A DNA stretch of 64,000 bases, taken from NCBI GenBank assembly GCA_964016885.1, contig OZ024750.1, positions 7,192,001-7,256,000 on the forward strand, given 5' to 3'. Below the pieces are notes generated by a model. It was not told where the DNA came from. It made no database searches and saw nothing but the letters and a program-made list of their open reading frames with translations. This DNA is from Eledone cirrhosa (lineage: Eukaryota). Position 1 is the stretch's first letter, and each line of letters begins with the position of its first letter. Both the position numbers and the translations under genes were made by a program. Shown here in pieces: positions 53,755-63,107 of this stretch.

Positions 53755-56240
53755 TCATCATCTCCGTTTAATGTCCATTTTTCCACACTGGCATGGGTTA
53801 GACAAGTTATCCTGTTGTGAGCAATGCCAGGTCAGTTGACCATGTCTTACTCGTACAAAACCAATTTCAGCTTATATATATGATAATTTATTTCCCCTTT
53901 GTCTGAAATAGTTTATAATCATTTTTACATTTTACCTAAATATCATATCAATATCTTAAAATTAAGAGAATGCTGTATCATTCAGTTGGTTTCTATTCTT
54001 ATGAAATCACAACTGTACAGGCTGTACAGAGTTCCAGTCTAGTTTATGCAGCAATAAGCAGATGAAAGATAAATATCTCCTTTGATAAGATAACTATTTT
54101 TCAGTTGAATAAACTTGAAGTAATGTGAAAATAAATATCCTTTGTAGAAATTCAAGTAAAGTCCTTCAAAAGACACCAGCTTATGATTTAGGAGCTGGTT
54201 ATCATCATCATCATCATCATTGTTTAACGTCCATCTTCCATGCTAGCAAGAAAGCAACGAAATGATCAAGTGGGGGGGTGTTGGATGTTCGTTTTCTGTA
54301 TCTGAATTGCTGCAACCAAATTCTAAATTGGTGCACCCGTCTAACATGAACAGTACCAACATGGTGTGTCTCAGTTCTGCATATACAATTAAAGTTTTCT
54401 ATAATGATAAATGATTTTAGCAAGATTTTATTGACCATTTGAACATTTTCTTTCTATATTTGAACAAGCAAATACAAACATCCACATTGAATACTGTAGA
54501 ATAGTTATACACACAGTTATATACTTACATATATACACACATATTTATATACACATGAACATAAACATGCATGCATGTATGCATAGTTGTAATGAAATTA
54601 CTTACGTATCAATAAATATAATCTCTACATCAACATCTTCTCTGTCTTTGTGTAAGAAATCTTTCAAGAAATTTGAAACTGAGTCATAAGTAATATGGCC
54701 GCACACTACAATATGTCTGTAAAATAAAACAAAAGAAAATGAAAATAGAAGATAAACAAAGCAACAAAAACCAAAGCAGAAGCAGTAATAGGAGTGTCAT
54801 GTCATCATTTTATCAATAGCAACACAGCATTTTCTAAGGAATTTGATCTAAACAATCTATAAGCAAGATGGAATTATCCAACTGGTCATGTCACAGACCA
54901 TTATAACCAGACCAGCCCATGCCAGTAGGAAAACAGAGATAAAATGATGATGATAATGATGATGATTATGATGATGATTATGATGATGATCATGATGATT
55001 ATGATGATGATTATGATCTTATTCTTACACAACACTTCTAGATTATCAATCTAACATGGCAAGTCTCAGTTCTGCATATGAAATTAGAGTTTTCCATTGT
55101 ATTTATGATTAAAAATGATTTTAGTATTCTTTTATTGATTTGAGTAGCTTTCCTATCACCAACCACTTTAAAACATGGACCTGATGCATTTTATCATGCC
55201 ACTAGAACTTGTGAGGTTGTCTGTCAGGACTAAAATGTTCCTTCTATGCTGTGTCAGATTTTATTTCAGAGTTACTGTTCTCCTAGATGGGTTGCTTTCA
55301 CTGTATCTTTTGGATTTGACATCCATCTTCTCTATGCTGATGTTTAATTCTGTTAATGCTATCCTAGACAGGTTGCTTTCATTGTGACTCAGAGAGTTCA
55401 CATCTCCTCTGTCTAGAATTTCATTTAAAGTTTATTATTATCTTAATTGGGTCACCTCTTCTACAGCTAAGAAGCCGCACCCGAAGGTACTCAAGGCAAT
55501 TAATTATGTAGAAGCTTGTCATATGCTGTCAGAATAGTTAGAGTAATGGCAACTGGTTTTACTTGCAGAGATAGGGTGTTGGCGTGCAGTATATACATAG
55601 ATACATACATATATATATATATATATATGTATATTTGTACCTTTACCCTTTCTAGCAGTCTCTCTCTCTGTTAGCCTTCTCCTCAACTTTCACTCACTCA
55701 TTCTCTGTCACTACCTCTCCTCCTCCTCTTTCCTCCTCCTCCTTCAAGTTTGACCTGTGTGAAATTCTTTTCTCGCGCGTCCTGGCCAAGCTGGTATGGA
55801 ATTTTTTTTCTCTCTCTTTCGTCTGCGACTTCACAAAACTTATGTTTACCGAATTCGTAGACCAGACCCCTTCTTCTTCTTCTACTTCTTTTTCTTCCCC
55901 GTTAGACTTGTGCGAAATTCCTTCCTTTCTCACATTTCAACCAGGTTTGATGGTCTTTTGTCTCTTGTTCACGATTTTACCGAGTTTATATTCATAGAGA
56001 TCTGGGACTTGTCTATTTCTTCTCACTTTCCGTTGCTTAAACCATTTTGTTTGTTCCCCCTAACGTCCCCTTTATTTACGTGTCCCAACGACTTTTTTTA
56101 GCCGTTGTTCGCACCAACCTGAGGCATATGGCCCTTAAAGCGATGAAATGCCTGGGACGGTTGGAGGGTCACTGATGAAGGACTCACTTTTTCATATGCA
56201 CCACCATTTGCAACGGGCAGCCATCATTATTATCATATTT

Positions 56241-56296
<56 letters not shown>

Positions 56297-56464
56297 AAAT
56301 CATCATCATCAGCATTTAGTAGGATGTTAAATGGTGATGATGATTATATATATATATATATATATATATACCCACTCATGCATCGAGTACTCTCATGATT
56401 GGTGGTCTTCTCGGTCTCAGCACCACAGACTCACACACACACACTCACACACACTCTCTCTCTG

Positions 56465-56498
<34 letters not shown>

Positions 56499-57801
56499 GT
56501 ATATAAACAGTTTTGATAACATTCACCCAGCAGTAGTCAGATTAATTACACACACGTACACATGCACACACACACACACACACACATGCACACACACATG
56601 CACACACACGCACACATGCACACACACACACACACATGCACACACACATGCACACACACACACACATGCACACACACATGCACACACACGCACACATGCA
56701 CACACACACACACACATGCACACACACACACACACACATGCACACACACGCACACATGCACACACACGCACACATGCACACACACGCACACATGCACACA
56801 CACGCACACAAACACACGGTTTCAATGTCATGCATACATATATATTCAGATATAGATGTAGAAAATTCATAGGAATAAATAAGTTTTTTGTATGTAAACA
56901 TTACGTAAACATTGAAGTGATGTTCTGTTCACAGTATATTAAGCCCACCTCCTGTGTGTTCTAAGAACTGATTAATATGAAGACAACAGACATTTCAGGA
57001 GGCTTGGCAATGTTTTAGAACAAGCAAAAGGTTATCGCCTTCATAAATAGTTATAACCACTCCACAATCAAATACAACCAACACAGACAAGCATGCAGAC
57101 ACACTCCATAATGTGTATATATAATATATATATATATACATATACATACACTCATATATGTATGTGTGTTTATATATATATATATATATATAATATATAT
57201 ATATATACATATACTCATATATGCATGTGTGTTTATATATATATAATATATATATATATACATATACATACACTCATATATGCATGTGTGTTTATATATA
57301 TATAATATATATATATATATACATATACATATACTCATATATGCATGTGTGTTTATATATATATATATATAATATATATATATATACATATACTCATATA
57401 TGCATGTGTGTTTATATATATATAATATATATATATATATACATATACATACACTCATATATGCATGTGTGTTTATATATATATAATATATATATATATA
57501 CATATACATATACATACACTCATATATGCATGTGTGTTTATATATATATAATATATATATATATACATATACTCATATATGCATGTGTGTTTATATATAT
57601 ATATATAATATATATATATATACATATACATATACTCATATATGCATGTGTGTTTATATATATATAATATATATATATATACATATACATATACTCATAT
57701 ATGCATGTGTGTTTATATATATATATATATATATTGGTTTACAAAGCTAGTTGAAGAGAATTCATACAGTTCTGGCCGTTTCTTACTTAATGATATAATC
57801 T

Positions 57802-57842
<41 letters not shown>

Positions 57843-58636
57843 GTATATATACAGTATCATCATCATCATCATCATCATCAGGTTTAGCGTCCGTGTTCCA
57901 CGCTTGCATGGGTTTGGACGGGGGTTTTCCCACTTGAGGCAAGAGTGGTTGTCTTGCTCGCATAGGACTGTCTGGCGGGTTTTCTACAGTTGGATGCCCT
58001 TCCTAACACCAACCACATTTACAGTGTGGGGCTGGGAGGTTTTTACCGTGTTGCCTACACGGCCACATTACAGCGTGGACTGTCTGGCGGGTTTTCTACA
58101 GCTGGATGCCCTTCCTAACACCAACCACATTTACAGTGTGGGGCTGGGAGGTTTTTACCGTGTTGCCTACACGGCCACATTTACAGCGTGGACTGTGTGT
58201 TTTTTGTCGTGACACCTACACGATCTCATTTGTTTCGGCCTGGATGTTGTGGGACCAACATAACTTTACATTGAAAGGGGCGGTGTGGAGGGACGGGGGT
58301 GTGTTTTGATAGAGGTGCCTACTGACTGTAGTAGGTTTTTACTTTGTATTTAGGTAAGGCGGGTCTTCTCTATTACTGAGTACCGCCAAAGGTCTCGGTC
58401 CAGTGACATTGTCTTGGAGAGGTGTAAGCGTGTGAGGTCGGAATTTATCAGCTCGTCCCATGTTTTTCTGGGTCTGCCTACTCCGTGGCTACCGTCTATC
58501 TTTATTGCCCTGCACTTTGTTATACAGCTGTCGTCTTATATATAGTAATAATAAATTTGGACAAGGTGTCAAATTATAATTCAGTTTATAAATGCATGTT
58601 TCTCGATTGATCAGTCCACACACACACACATATCTA

Positions 58637-58686
<50 letters not shown>

Positions 58687-58692
58687 CAGGCA

Positions 58693-58748
<56 letters not shown>

Positions 58749-59680
58749 TATGTATGTATGTATATATGTATGAAAAACGTAAACAGTACTGTAAGATAAA
58801 GAAATGACTCGATTCCTACTTATCAGGATGGCTCTTATTTCCTCAGACCAATAAAGGAAACTTTATGTGGTTGCCAACTTTGCTAAAAATAGCAGCAAAA
58901 TTACATCAAATCACATTAAGCCATTTTAAGAATGTAGACTAAGATACAAAAAAGAAGAGAGGGTAGTCATGTTTGGAACACTTTTAATCTAATTTTTGTT
59001 TAAATCAGAGCAAACCTGGTTGTAAGCTTGACTATGTAGTGAAGAAACTTGCTTCACAACCATATCTTTCTGGTTAGGTAACTGTCTTCTACTATAGCTT
59101 TGTGACTAACAATACACAATGAATGTAATTTACTTGAAGAAAACCATATAAAAGCCTGTTGTGTTTATGTGTGTGATCTATATATTTGAATGAAAGTTTA
59201 AAATACTATTGTACTTTAAACATTCAAATATTAACAAAACAAGCAGACAATAGGTGTAAGCAGAGTATAAAGTTTATTTTCTGAATAGAAAAATGGCAAC
59301 CACTTTGATGTTTCAGCTTCATTGTTTTATCTGGCAGCACTGAAGGATCCTTTCTGGCTTGAAGGATCCTTTCTGGTTTTCAGGTTTATTATTTGAAACA
59401 GAAAGGTTTTTTTGTTGTACATGGACATAATAAAAAGGTGGTGGTTTGTGCAATAACAAAATAATTTGTAATTGAACAGCTGTGGTGATGTTTGCGTACA
59501 TGTGTGGGTTTTTTGTTCATATCTACTGTAAGGCAGACAATATATATATAAAACTCTATATAACAGTGAGTGTGTTCTGTTATTATTTCTGGCAATATTA
59601 TTACAACAATACAACCCTCCCCAAGTATAACAATATTTGTTTAGACACACGATTTCATATCAAAAACCTTGCAAAACAAA

Positions 59681-59761
<81 letters not shown>

Positions 59762-62700
59762 TATAAAGAAGAGAGATGACAATATATCTCTCAAAGAATT
59801 ATTGAAATTATCTAAATGTGAAGATCTAGAAATAAAAATAACATGAACGTGAATGATAAAAACAGAAACAATGCCAATAATAATCCTTGACTGTTCACAT
59901 GAGAACATGAGAAATGATATCAAAGTAAACTTATCTTCTTTATTATTCATGTTTTAGATTGTTGAGTGCTATCATAACCTTATTTGTAATAAACTAGGTG
60001 TGATGTACACAGGCCACTCCTGTAAACCCATGTGAGTAAATAGACACAAAAAGAACACATTTAAGTCAATAAATCATATTATATTAACCTCTTTTGAAGT
60101 TAAAGAAGTGACTCAGTGTTTTCTCTATATACTATATCATATAACTTTTTTATTACAAGTTGATAAATTATCATTACTATGACAGGTTTGTTTGTTTGTA
60201 TTGTATCACCTGCTGCACCTATGTTGCTCACCTGTATGCAGCATTACATGTTGCTTAGTTGTGTGCAGCATTATATGTTCCTGAGCTGTGTACAGCGTTA
60301 TATCTTCTTATACTTTGTTAGGTGGGGGTGGGGGAGGAGTAAAGACTTCCACTGTTAGTGTTGTGCATCAACTTTGCTTTGTTATGTTCTGAGTTCAAAT
60401 CCCGCTGAGTTTAACTTTGCCTTTCATCCTTACAGGGTCGATAAAATAAAGTACCAGTAATACACTGGGATAGTTGTTGGCCTTGTGCCAAAAGTAGAAA
60501 CAATTATTAGTCTTCTTATATAACTTCCATTTTTTTACTCCTATAAAGTTTCTTAAATGTATCTTTGTGGTCATCTTTGTTTCATCTGATACCTATTGGT
60601 GATGAAGTACTAAACAGTTTATTTTATCTTTTTTCCCCTGAACAATATCCTCCTAAAAGTACTTTTACGTTAATAATTTCTTTCCAAACAGAGGCTCATA
60701 AAGATTTAACTTCATAATTAAATACACTAATTATCAATTAAGTTAGTATGTTTAAAGTTCTGTCTAAAATGATCTGAAATTACTTTGATTATTGCCTCTC
60801 TTTTATTAGGTGTATTGTTATACTAAATGTTTAGTCTAGATAAACAGAAAATACTATAAGTATTACTTCTCTTTTAACCCTTTCATGAAATATTTCTAAT
60901 GAAATACACTCTATTTTATCTAATTAGTAAAGAATTTTGAGGGATTTACTAAAATTATTAATTATTTCATTACTAAGATAGTAACTTAATGTAAAGTTCT
61001 TATATAAAATTATGTTGGAAGATTTTAATTTAAATTGGAAACCTTTAACTCTATTTCATAGAACCAGAGTTGGTTTTGGCTGGGTTGGTAACTAAAAGGT
61101 TAAACTAATTATGATGGGTCTAAAAAATACTACAATTATTATCACTGTTCCTCAGATTTGACAAATGAAAGAAATATATTTCAAAATGTCTGATGCCAAA
61201 AAAAAAAAAAAAAATACAAAACTCTGAAAAAATTTTCCTGTTCCAGTGTCAGTATTATTTATATCATATGGGCGGTGAATTGGCAGTATCGGTAGAGGGT
61301 CGGACGCCATGCTTTCCAGCATAGTTACGTCCCTTTACGATCTGAATTCAAATCCCGCCGAGGTTGACTTTGCTTTTCATCCTTACGGGGTCGATAAAAT
61401 AAAGTACCAGTAATGCACTGGGTAATTGCTGGCCTTGTGCCTAAAGTAGAAACAAGTATTATTTATATCATATATTTCCCCCATTCTACTCTTTTACTCT
61501 CTTGTTGGTTAATACAACATAGATTCTTAATGGTTGAGGGAACCATCTTGCAAATATTAAATTCACCATAGATGATGATATAGATTGAACCATGAATAAC
61601 AAGCAAGTCAGATGTACTTTACCTAATTTTGGGTTTTATTTTAGTGTAGATCAGTTGGTTGGTTCATGATTATATTTAGCTGCTTCCTTCACAGCAAGCT
61701 AATCTTTAAATATCCCCTTCTGTTTACCCAGATATTCATAATATATATTTCTAATAGTTTGAACTCTTAACTCACCCAAATTCACATAGAATCCATCTTG
61801 TTTTTTTTTTGCTGTGTTAAACTATCACAATAATTTTAAGCTGGGGATTAGAGATAACATCAAAAGATTACTCTTGAAGAAAATATCATATAGTGTTTAC
61901 TGACTTCATATATATTAAATTATATCCACTTATTTTGGTAAGTGGAAAAAGAGAAAACAATATTTCATTTTCCTTCAAGCAATTAGCAAAAAACTATGAA
62001 ATAAACAAAATGTTTATATACTAATGTAAAAATCTTTATGAAATATTTACATATAAAGAAAGCAAATAGATATAAAGAAAACAAATGTGACAGAGGAAAA
62101 TATGAACATCTGATGTTTTGATGTTTTTCTGCTTCCATATGTTTTGTATATACACATATATTCATTGAGCAATCTGCGATTAATTTCTAATAAATTAAAT
62201 TTAAATTAACCTTTTGAGGCTTCTTTTCATTATTGTAGCATATGAACAAAAATGGTGCCATATTGTTTTTCAACATCCTGCCAAAGTTACTTTTAAAATC
62301 CTTAACTCTTCTACGAAAGTTTCTAGGCCATTAAAATGAAAATAAAAATAAAGTCTTCTAATCTCTATGACTATGGTCTAATCTTTTGGCCAAATACATA
62401 CTAGATATTAAAACAGATATATCACTCTCAATATATAGTTGCCAGAATCTCTACATTAGATCACTGCTGACATCTCCCTTGCTTTATTGAACCAATACAT
62501 GACATCCACTCTCTATTAGACTACTGCTCCAGGCTAACATTTGTTTCATTAAACCACTGTTACAGGCTAACAACCTCTCTTTATTAGACCAGGGCAAGAC
62601 ATCCACCCTCTATTAGACCACTACTTCAGGTTAACACTCTTGCTTCATTAGACAAGGGCTTCAGGCTAATACCTCCTCTTTGTTAAATCAATCCATGGAA

Positions 62701-62842
62701 TATAGATTTTGAAAACATTTGATAATATTATTAGAAGATTTATTTCTTACTTTTTGCCTCTTTCTTTCTTATATGTTCCGCCATATTTCTGTCTCCGGCC
62801 AATAATCTCAGCAATTTCAGGAATAAAGCTCGTAAATATACC
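9685..62842 (-). CDS. slo (KCNMA1): Slo1/BK large-conductance calcium-activated potassium channel alpha subunit, partial multi-exon gene (end of S6, RCK1, RCK1-RCK2 linker); gene continues beyond both window edges
   Basis: Eleven GT-AG exons join in frame to give [22 protein letters not shown]...[31 protein letters not shown]...[32 protein letters not shown]...[24 protein letters not shown]...AFYYCKTCH..., which are clear Slo1 motifs. Exon sizes 92/111/106/156/77 match KCNMA1 exon sizes as I recall them. Confidence 0.98.
10057..10171. repeat. Perfect inverted repeat, 55-bp arms, 5-nt loop
   Basis: ATACTTATTAATGCTG...CAATCATT / AATGATTG...CAGCATTAATAAGTAT. Confidence 0.95.
11391..11618. mobile_element. 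piggyBac-like MITE (TTAA-flanked) nested in an older repeat
   Basis: TTAA CCCTGTAGCATT ... AATGCTAAAGAG TTAA. The host repeat is seen uninterrupted near 47600-47780 and 58885-59020. Confidence 0.75.
12435..12447 (-). CDS. slo: Candidate 13-nt microexon CAATTACTGACAG: (A)ITD(R/S), phase 1 to 2
   Basis: cctatttcag|...CAG|gtaaat, with a long U-rich tract upstream. Not frame-preserving on its own. Confidence 0.35.
13972..14365 (+). mobile_element. Full-length-looking family B SINE with an RTE-like 3' tail ending in (GAT)n
   Basis: A/B boxes, conserved core, and the tail AACCCATGCTAGCGTGGAAGAACGGACGTAAAAC...GATGATGAT, similar to the RTE 3' ends in this window. Confidence 0.88.
14457..14530 (-). 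ncRNA. Type I hammerhead ribozyme-like motif (sense), with an adjacent inverted partial copy at 14535-14576
   Basis: TATTTCAT-CTGATGA-ACGA ACTGGAC(loop)GTCTAGT C TCCT-GAAAC TTTTG GTA|ATGGAATA. 8-bp stem I, intact core, GUA site. Confidence 0.72.
15416..16951. repeat. Tandem array of ~10 near-identical 155-bp units
   Basis: TTAAACAAGACCTGAATAAGCTCG recurs at 15471, 15626, 15781 ... 16866. Confidence 0.97.
17005..17380 (+). mobile_element. Degenerate RTE-like LINE 3' fragment with a (GAA)n tail
   Basis: [11 protein letters not shown] motif at ~17047-17080. Confidence 0.7.
21484..21634. repeat. (AAAAAT)n hexanucleotide microsatellite
   Basis: About 25 perfect units. Explains the NK/FL/FI pseudo-ORFs. 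Confidence 0.97.
22339..22582. repeat. 90-bp tandem repeat, ~2.7 copies
   Basis: CCCTGATTTA at 22341, 22431 and 22521. Confidence 0.9.
22818..22832 (-). CDS. slo: Candidate 15-nt microexon: (A)IYAY
   Basis: ttttgtgaatgtttatgtag|CAATATACGCATACC|gtaatg. Symmetric phase 1, but only moderate splice sites. Confidence 0.3.
23033..23077 (-). CDS. slo: Slo1 linker exon (45 nt): (A)[14 protein letters not shown]
   Basis: Acceptor tgctttattactctttcccttcag, donor gtattc, symmetric phase 1, open. Joins the 36-nt exon to give ...AVL-AIQR..., like Aplysia ...AVL-ALQR... as recalled. Confidence 0.85.
   Translation of the reverse strand, partial: QYKEGLKWRTQTIK
24205..24245 (-). ncRNA. Minimal type I hammerhead-like motif (sense) inside a 68-bp-arm inverted repeat; mirror copy on + at ~24252-24292
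   Basis: CTGAG-CTGAAGA-TCC ACATAA GGT-GAAAC AATT GTT|CTCGG. Palindromic AATT in stem III, 5-bp stem I. The U.U at 10.1/11.1 and the GUU site are suboptimal. Confidence 0.55.
24734..24847 (-). CDS. slo: Candidate 114-nt cassette exon: (V)[37 protein letters not shown]
   Basis: GC/CpG-rich island. Acceptor catgctatcattacag. Only the phase-1 frame is open. Donor G|gtgtat is weak and there is an internal gtaaga donor after 50 nt. Confidence 0.3.
25345..25353 (-). CDS. slo: Candidate 9-nt microexon ATGCTAATA, inserts (D)AN
   Basis: gtttttttcgtttgttttttcatgcttatttcag|ATGCTAATA|gttagt. Symmetric phase 1, with UGC inside the pyrimidine tract. Confidence 0.55.
26861..27000. repeat. Inverted repeat, ~69-bp arms, three mismatches
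   Basis: TATATAAAGAATGAATAATAACAGG...AAGTGT / ACACTT...CCTGTTATTATTCATTCTTTATATA. Confidence 0.95.
28411..28905 (-). mobile_element. 5'-truncated RTE-clade LINE 3' fragment (C-terminal part of ORF2 plus (GAT)n tail)
   Basis: ORF 28438..28887 [16 protein letters not shown]...[10 protein letters not shown]...[12 protein letters not shown] is typical of the RTE C-terminus. Shorter 3' ends at ~24328-24457, ~261-312 and ~58380-58535. Confidence 0.92.
29654..29659 (-). CDS. slo: Candidate 6-nt microexon CATCGG, inserts (A)S
   Basis: tctttatttcttttcacag|CATCGG|gtaaga: strong acceptor and donor, symmetric phase 1. Confidence 0.6.
30131..30172 (-). promoter_or_regulatory. Recursive-splice-type site (acceptor immediately followed by a consensus donor)
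   Basis: Minus strand reads ttatttttgttttattctctgttcctccacattag|gtaagt: an AG-free pyrimidine tract of ~30 nt, then TAG and a perfect GTAAGT. Junction at 30138/30137. Confidence 0.5.
32027..32095. repeat. Inverted repeat, ~30-bp arms
   Basis: TTGGTTCGTCAAGTATGAAATTTGTAGAAA / TTTCTACAAATTTCATATTTGACGATCCAA. Confidence 0.9.
32388..32730 (+). mobile_element. Family B SINE copy
   Basis: Near-identical head and tail to 13972-14365. Confidence 0.88.
33693..34389. mobile_element. Non-autonomous hAT-type DNA transposon with a triplicated left end (3 x 60 bp) and an internal 86-bp tandem repeat
   Basis: TIR CAGTGGTTCCCAA / TTGGGAATCACTG. 8-bp TSD CTGTAGAG at 33685, 33745, 33805 and 34390. The 86-bp unit runs ~33946-34269. 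Confidence 0.88.
34679..34714 (-). CDS. slo: Slo1 linker microexon (36 nt): (V)[11 protein letters not shown]
   Basis: Acceptor tttctttttccctctcacag, donor gtagag, symmetric phase 1, open frame. Resembles invertebrate Slo linker peptides as I recall them (Aplysia LAMFKKGAAAVL, Drosophila LATFRKGVRAV). Confidence 0.9.
   Translation of the reverse strand: MHYSEKEHPQF
37387..37463 (-). CDS. slo: Slo1 exon (77 nt): [25 protein letters not shown], CxxCH heme-binding motif exon
   Basis: Acceptor ttattgtttctag, donor gtagga, phase 2 to 1. Homologous to vertebrate [25 protein letters not shown]. Confidence 0.97.
38303..38461 (-). CDS. slo: Slo1 exon (159 nt): [52 protein letters not shown](R)
   Basis: Acceptor attatcttctag, donor gtattt, phase 2 to 2. 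Lies inside ORF 38227..38880. Confidence 0.97.
40468..40559 (-). ncRNA. Type I hammerhead-like motif with a U3-A8 variant core and a long stem I (sense)
   Basis: TTTTCGGCAAAGGC...ATGGCT-TTGATAA-ATGC CAAGCA GCGA-GAAAC AGCT GTC|AGCCAT...GCTTTTGCCGAAAA. Confidence 0.62.
42660..43100 (+). mobile_element. RTE-like LINE 3' fragment, second family, with a (GAA)n tail
   Basis: Degenerate LRYYGHVVR...[16 protein letters not shown] frame. Homologous copies at ~36905-37100, ~50030-50342 and ~45800-46098. Confidence 0.8.
43250..43362 (-). CDS. slo: Slo1 exon (113 nt): [37 protein letters not shown](E)
   Basis: Acceptor tttctcttatttcag, donor gtattt, phase 0 to 2. EMYTEYLS motif (E535 equivalent). Confidence 0.97.
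45631..45806. mobile_element. Tc1/mariner-pogo-like MITE inserted in a LINE fragment
   Basis: TA-flanked imperfect TIR TACCATATTTCCCG / CGGGAAATATTGTA. Confidence 0.6.
46379..46534 (-). CDS. slo: Slo1 exon (156 nt): [52 protein letters not shown]
   Basis: Acceptor ccattttttccag, donor gtaagt, phase 0 to 0. Overlaps ORF 46343..46525. Confidence 0.98.
46566..47067 (-). mobile_element. Tandem family A SINE copies filling the intron between the 153-nt and 156-nt exons
   Basis: Reverse complement of the 61270 element. Other - copies at ~6800-6897, ~7034-7200, ~19954-20128, ~30228-30800 (cluster), ~33143-33273 and ~36505-36846. Confidence 0.88.
47090..47242 (-). CDS. slo: Slo1 exon (153 nt): [51 protein letters not shown]
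   Basis: Acceptor gtttttttttcag, donor gtaagc, phase 0 to 0. Lies inside ORF 46943..47263. Confidence 0.98.
51082..51139 (-). ncRNA. Hammerhead-like motif with a one-base core insertion, CUGACUGA (sense)
   Basis: TTTCTT-CTGACTGA-AACAGAT(ATGTAGTA)ATCTGTT C-GAAAC AGGAATA GTC|ATGAAA. 7-bp stem II, GUC site, stem I 5/6 paired. Confidence 0.5.
53247..53352 (-). CDS. slo: Slo1 exon (106 nt): [35 protein letters not shown]
   Basis: Acceptor ttctatttttcag, donor gtaaat, phase 2 to 0. Confidence 0.98.
53593..53652 (+). ncRNA. Type I hammerhead-like motif (antisense to Slo1), same family as 495-550
   Basis: AACAC-CTGATGA-TGTC ACCAGG(loop)CCTGGT CATT-GAAA-TGTGCA-TA|GTGTT, followed by AATAAA. Confidence 0.62.
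54606..54716 (-). CDS. slo: Slo1 exon (111 nt): RCK1 start, [36 protein letters not shown](T)
   Basis: Acceptor ttttattttacag, donor gtaagt, phase 2 to 2. Contains the equivalents of the RCK1 Ca2+ ligand D367 and Mg2+ ligand E374. Confidence 0.98.
60874..61103. mobile_element. piggyBac-like MITE; inverted, partly duplicated homologue at ~51336-51693
   Basis: TTAA CCCTTT ... AAAGG TTAA. Shares the internal TTACTAAGATAGTAACTTAATGTAA sequence with the 51.3-51.7 kb copy. Confidence 0.75.
61270..61454 (+). mobile_element. tRNA-derived SINE, family A (GGCGGTGAATTGGCAG...GCCTTTCATCCTTACGGGGTCGATAAAATAAAGTACCAGT...), with a 19-bp target-site duplication
   Basis: TSD AGTATTATTTATATCATAT at 61251-61269 and 61455-61473. 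Other + copies at ~42298-42477, ~48270-48750 (three), ~60385-60508 and ~63293-63525. Confidence 0.92.
62751..62842 (-). CDS. slo: Slo1 exon (92 nt): S6 C-terminus and S6-RCK1 linker, [30 protein letters not shown](K)
   Basis: Acceptor ctttctacactgtag, donor gtaaga, phase 0 to 2. PEIxE and KYGG motifs present. Confidence 0.96.
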
Positions 62843-63049
62843 CTACAGTGTAGAAAGGAAAGGTAAATAGTAATTAGATTTTATAACAACAGAATATATA
62901 TACATACATACATATATATATACACACACAAATATATATATATATATAAATTTGGTGGATAAGGATGCAATTCAATCAAGCACTCAACATCATGTTACTT
63001 CTTCAAAATAAGTATGATGGAGTATAATTAGAATGAGGAAAATGTGAAG

Positions 63050-63107
63050 TTGTAGATGTTAAAGAGACCTTTCTTAATATTAAGAAAGGACTCTTTAACA
63101 TCTACAA
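63050..63107. repeat. Near-perfect 58-bp palindrome
   Basis: TTGTAGATGTTAAAGAG A CCTTTCTTAATATTAAGAAAGG A CTCTTTAACATCTACAA. Confidence 0.93.

Noticed and set aside
57760-57805. GAAGA...GAAAC-GGCC-AGA hammerhead-like remnant (similar GAAAC-GGCT-TGA in the 8790/24575 family)
   Set aside because: The core is truncated and there is no NUH cleavage triplet, so a ribozyme cannot be supported.
54717-62750. Searched for duplicated mutually exclusive versions of the 92-, 111- and 77-nt exons known from other animals
   Set aside because: No paralogous exon was recognised by eye here or in the other introns. One could still lie upstream of the window.
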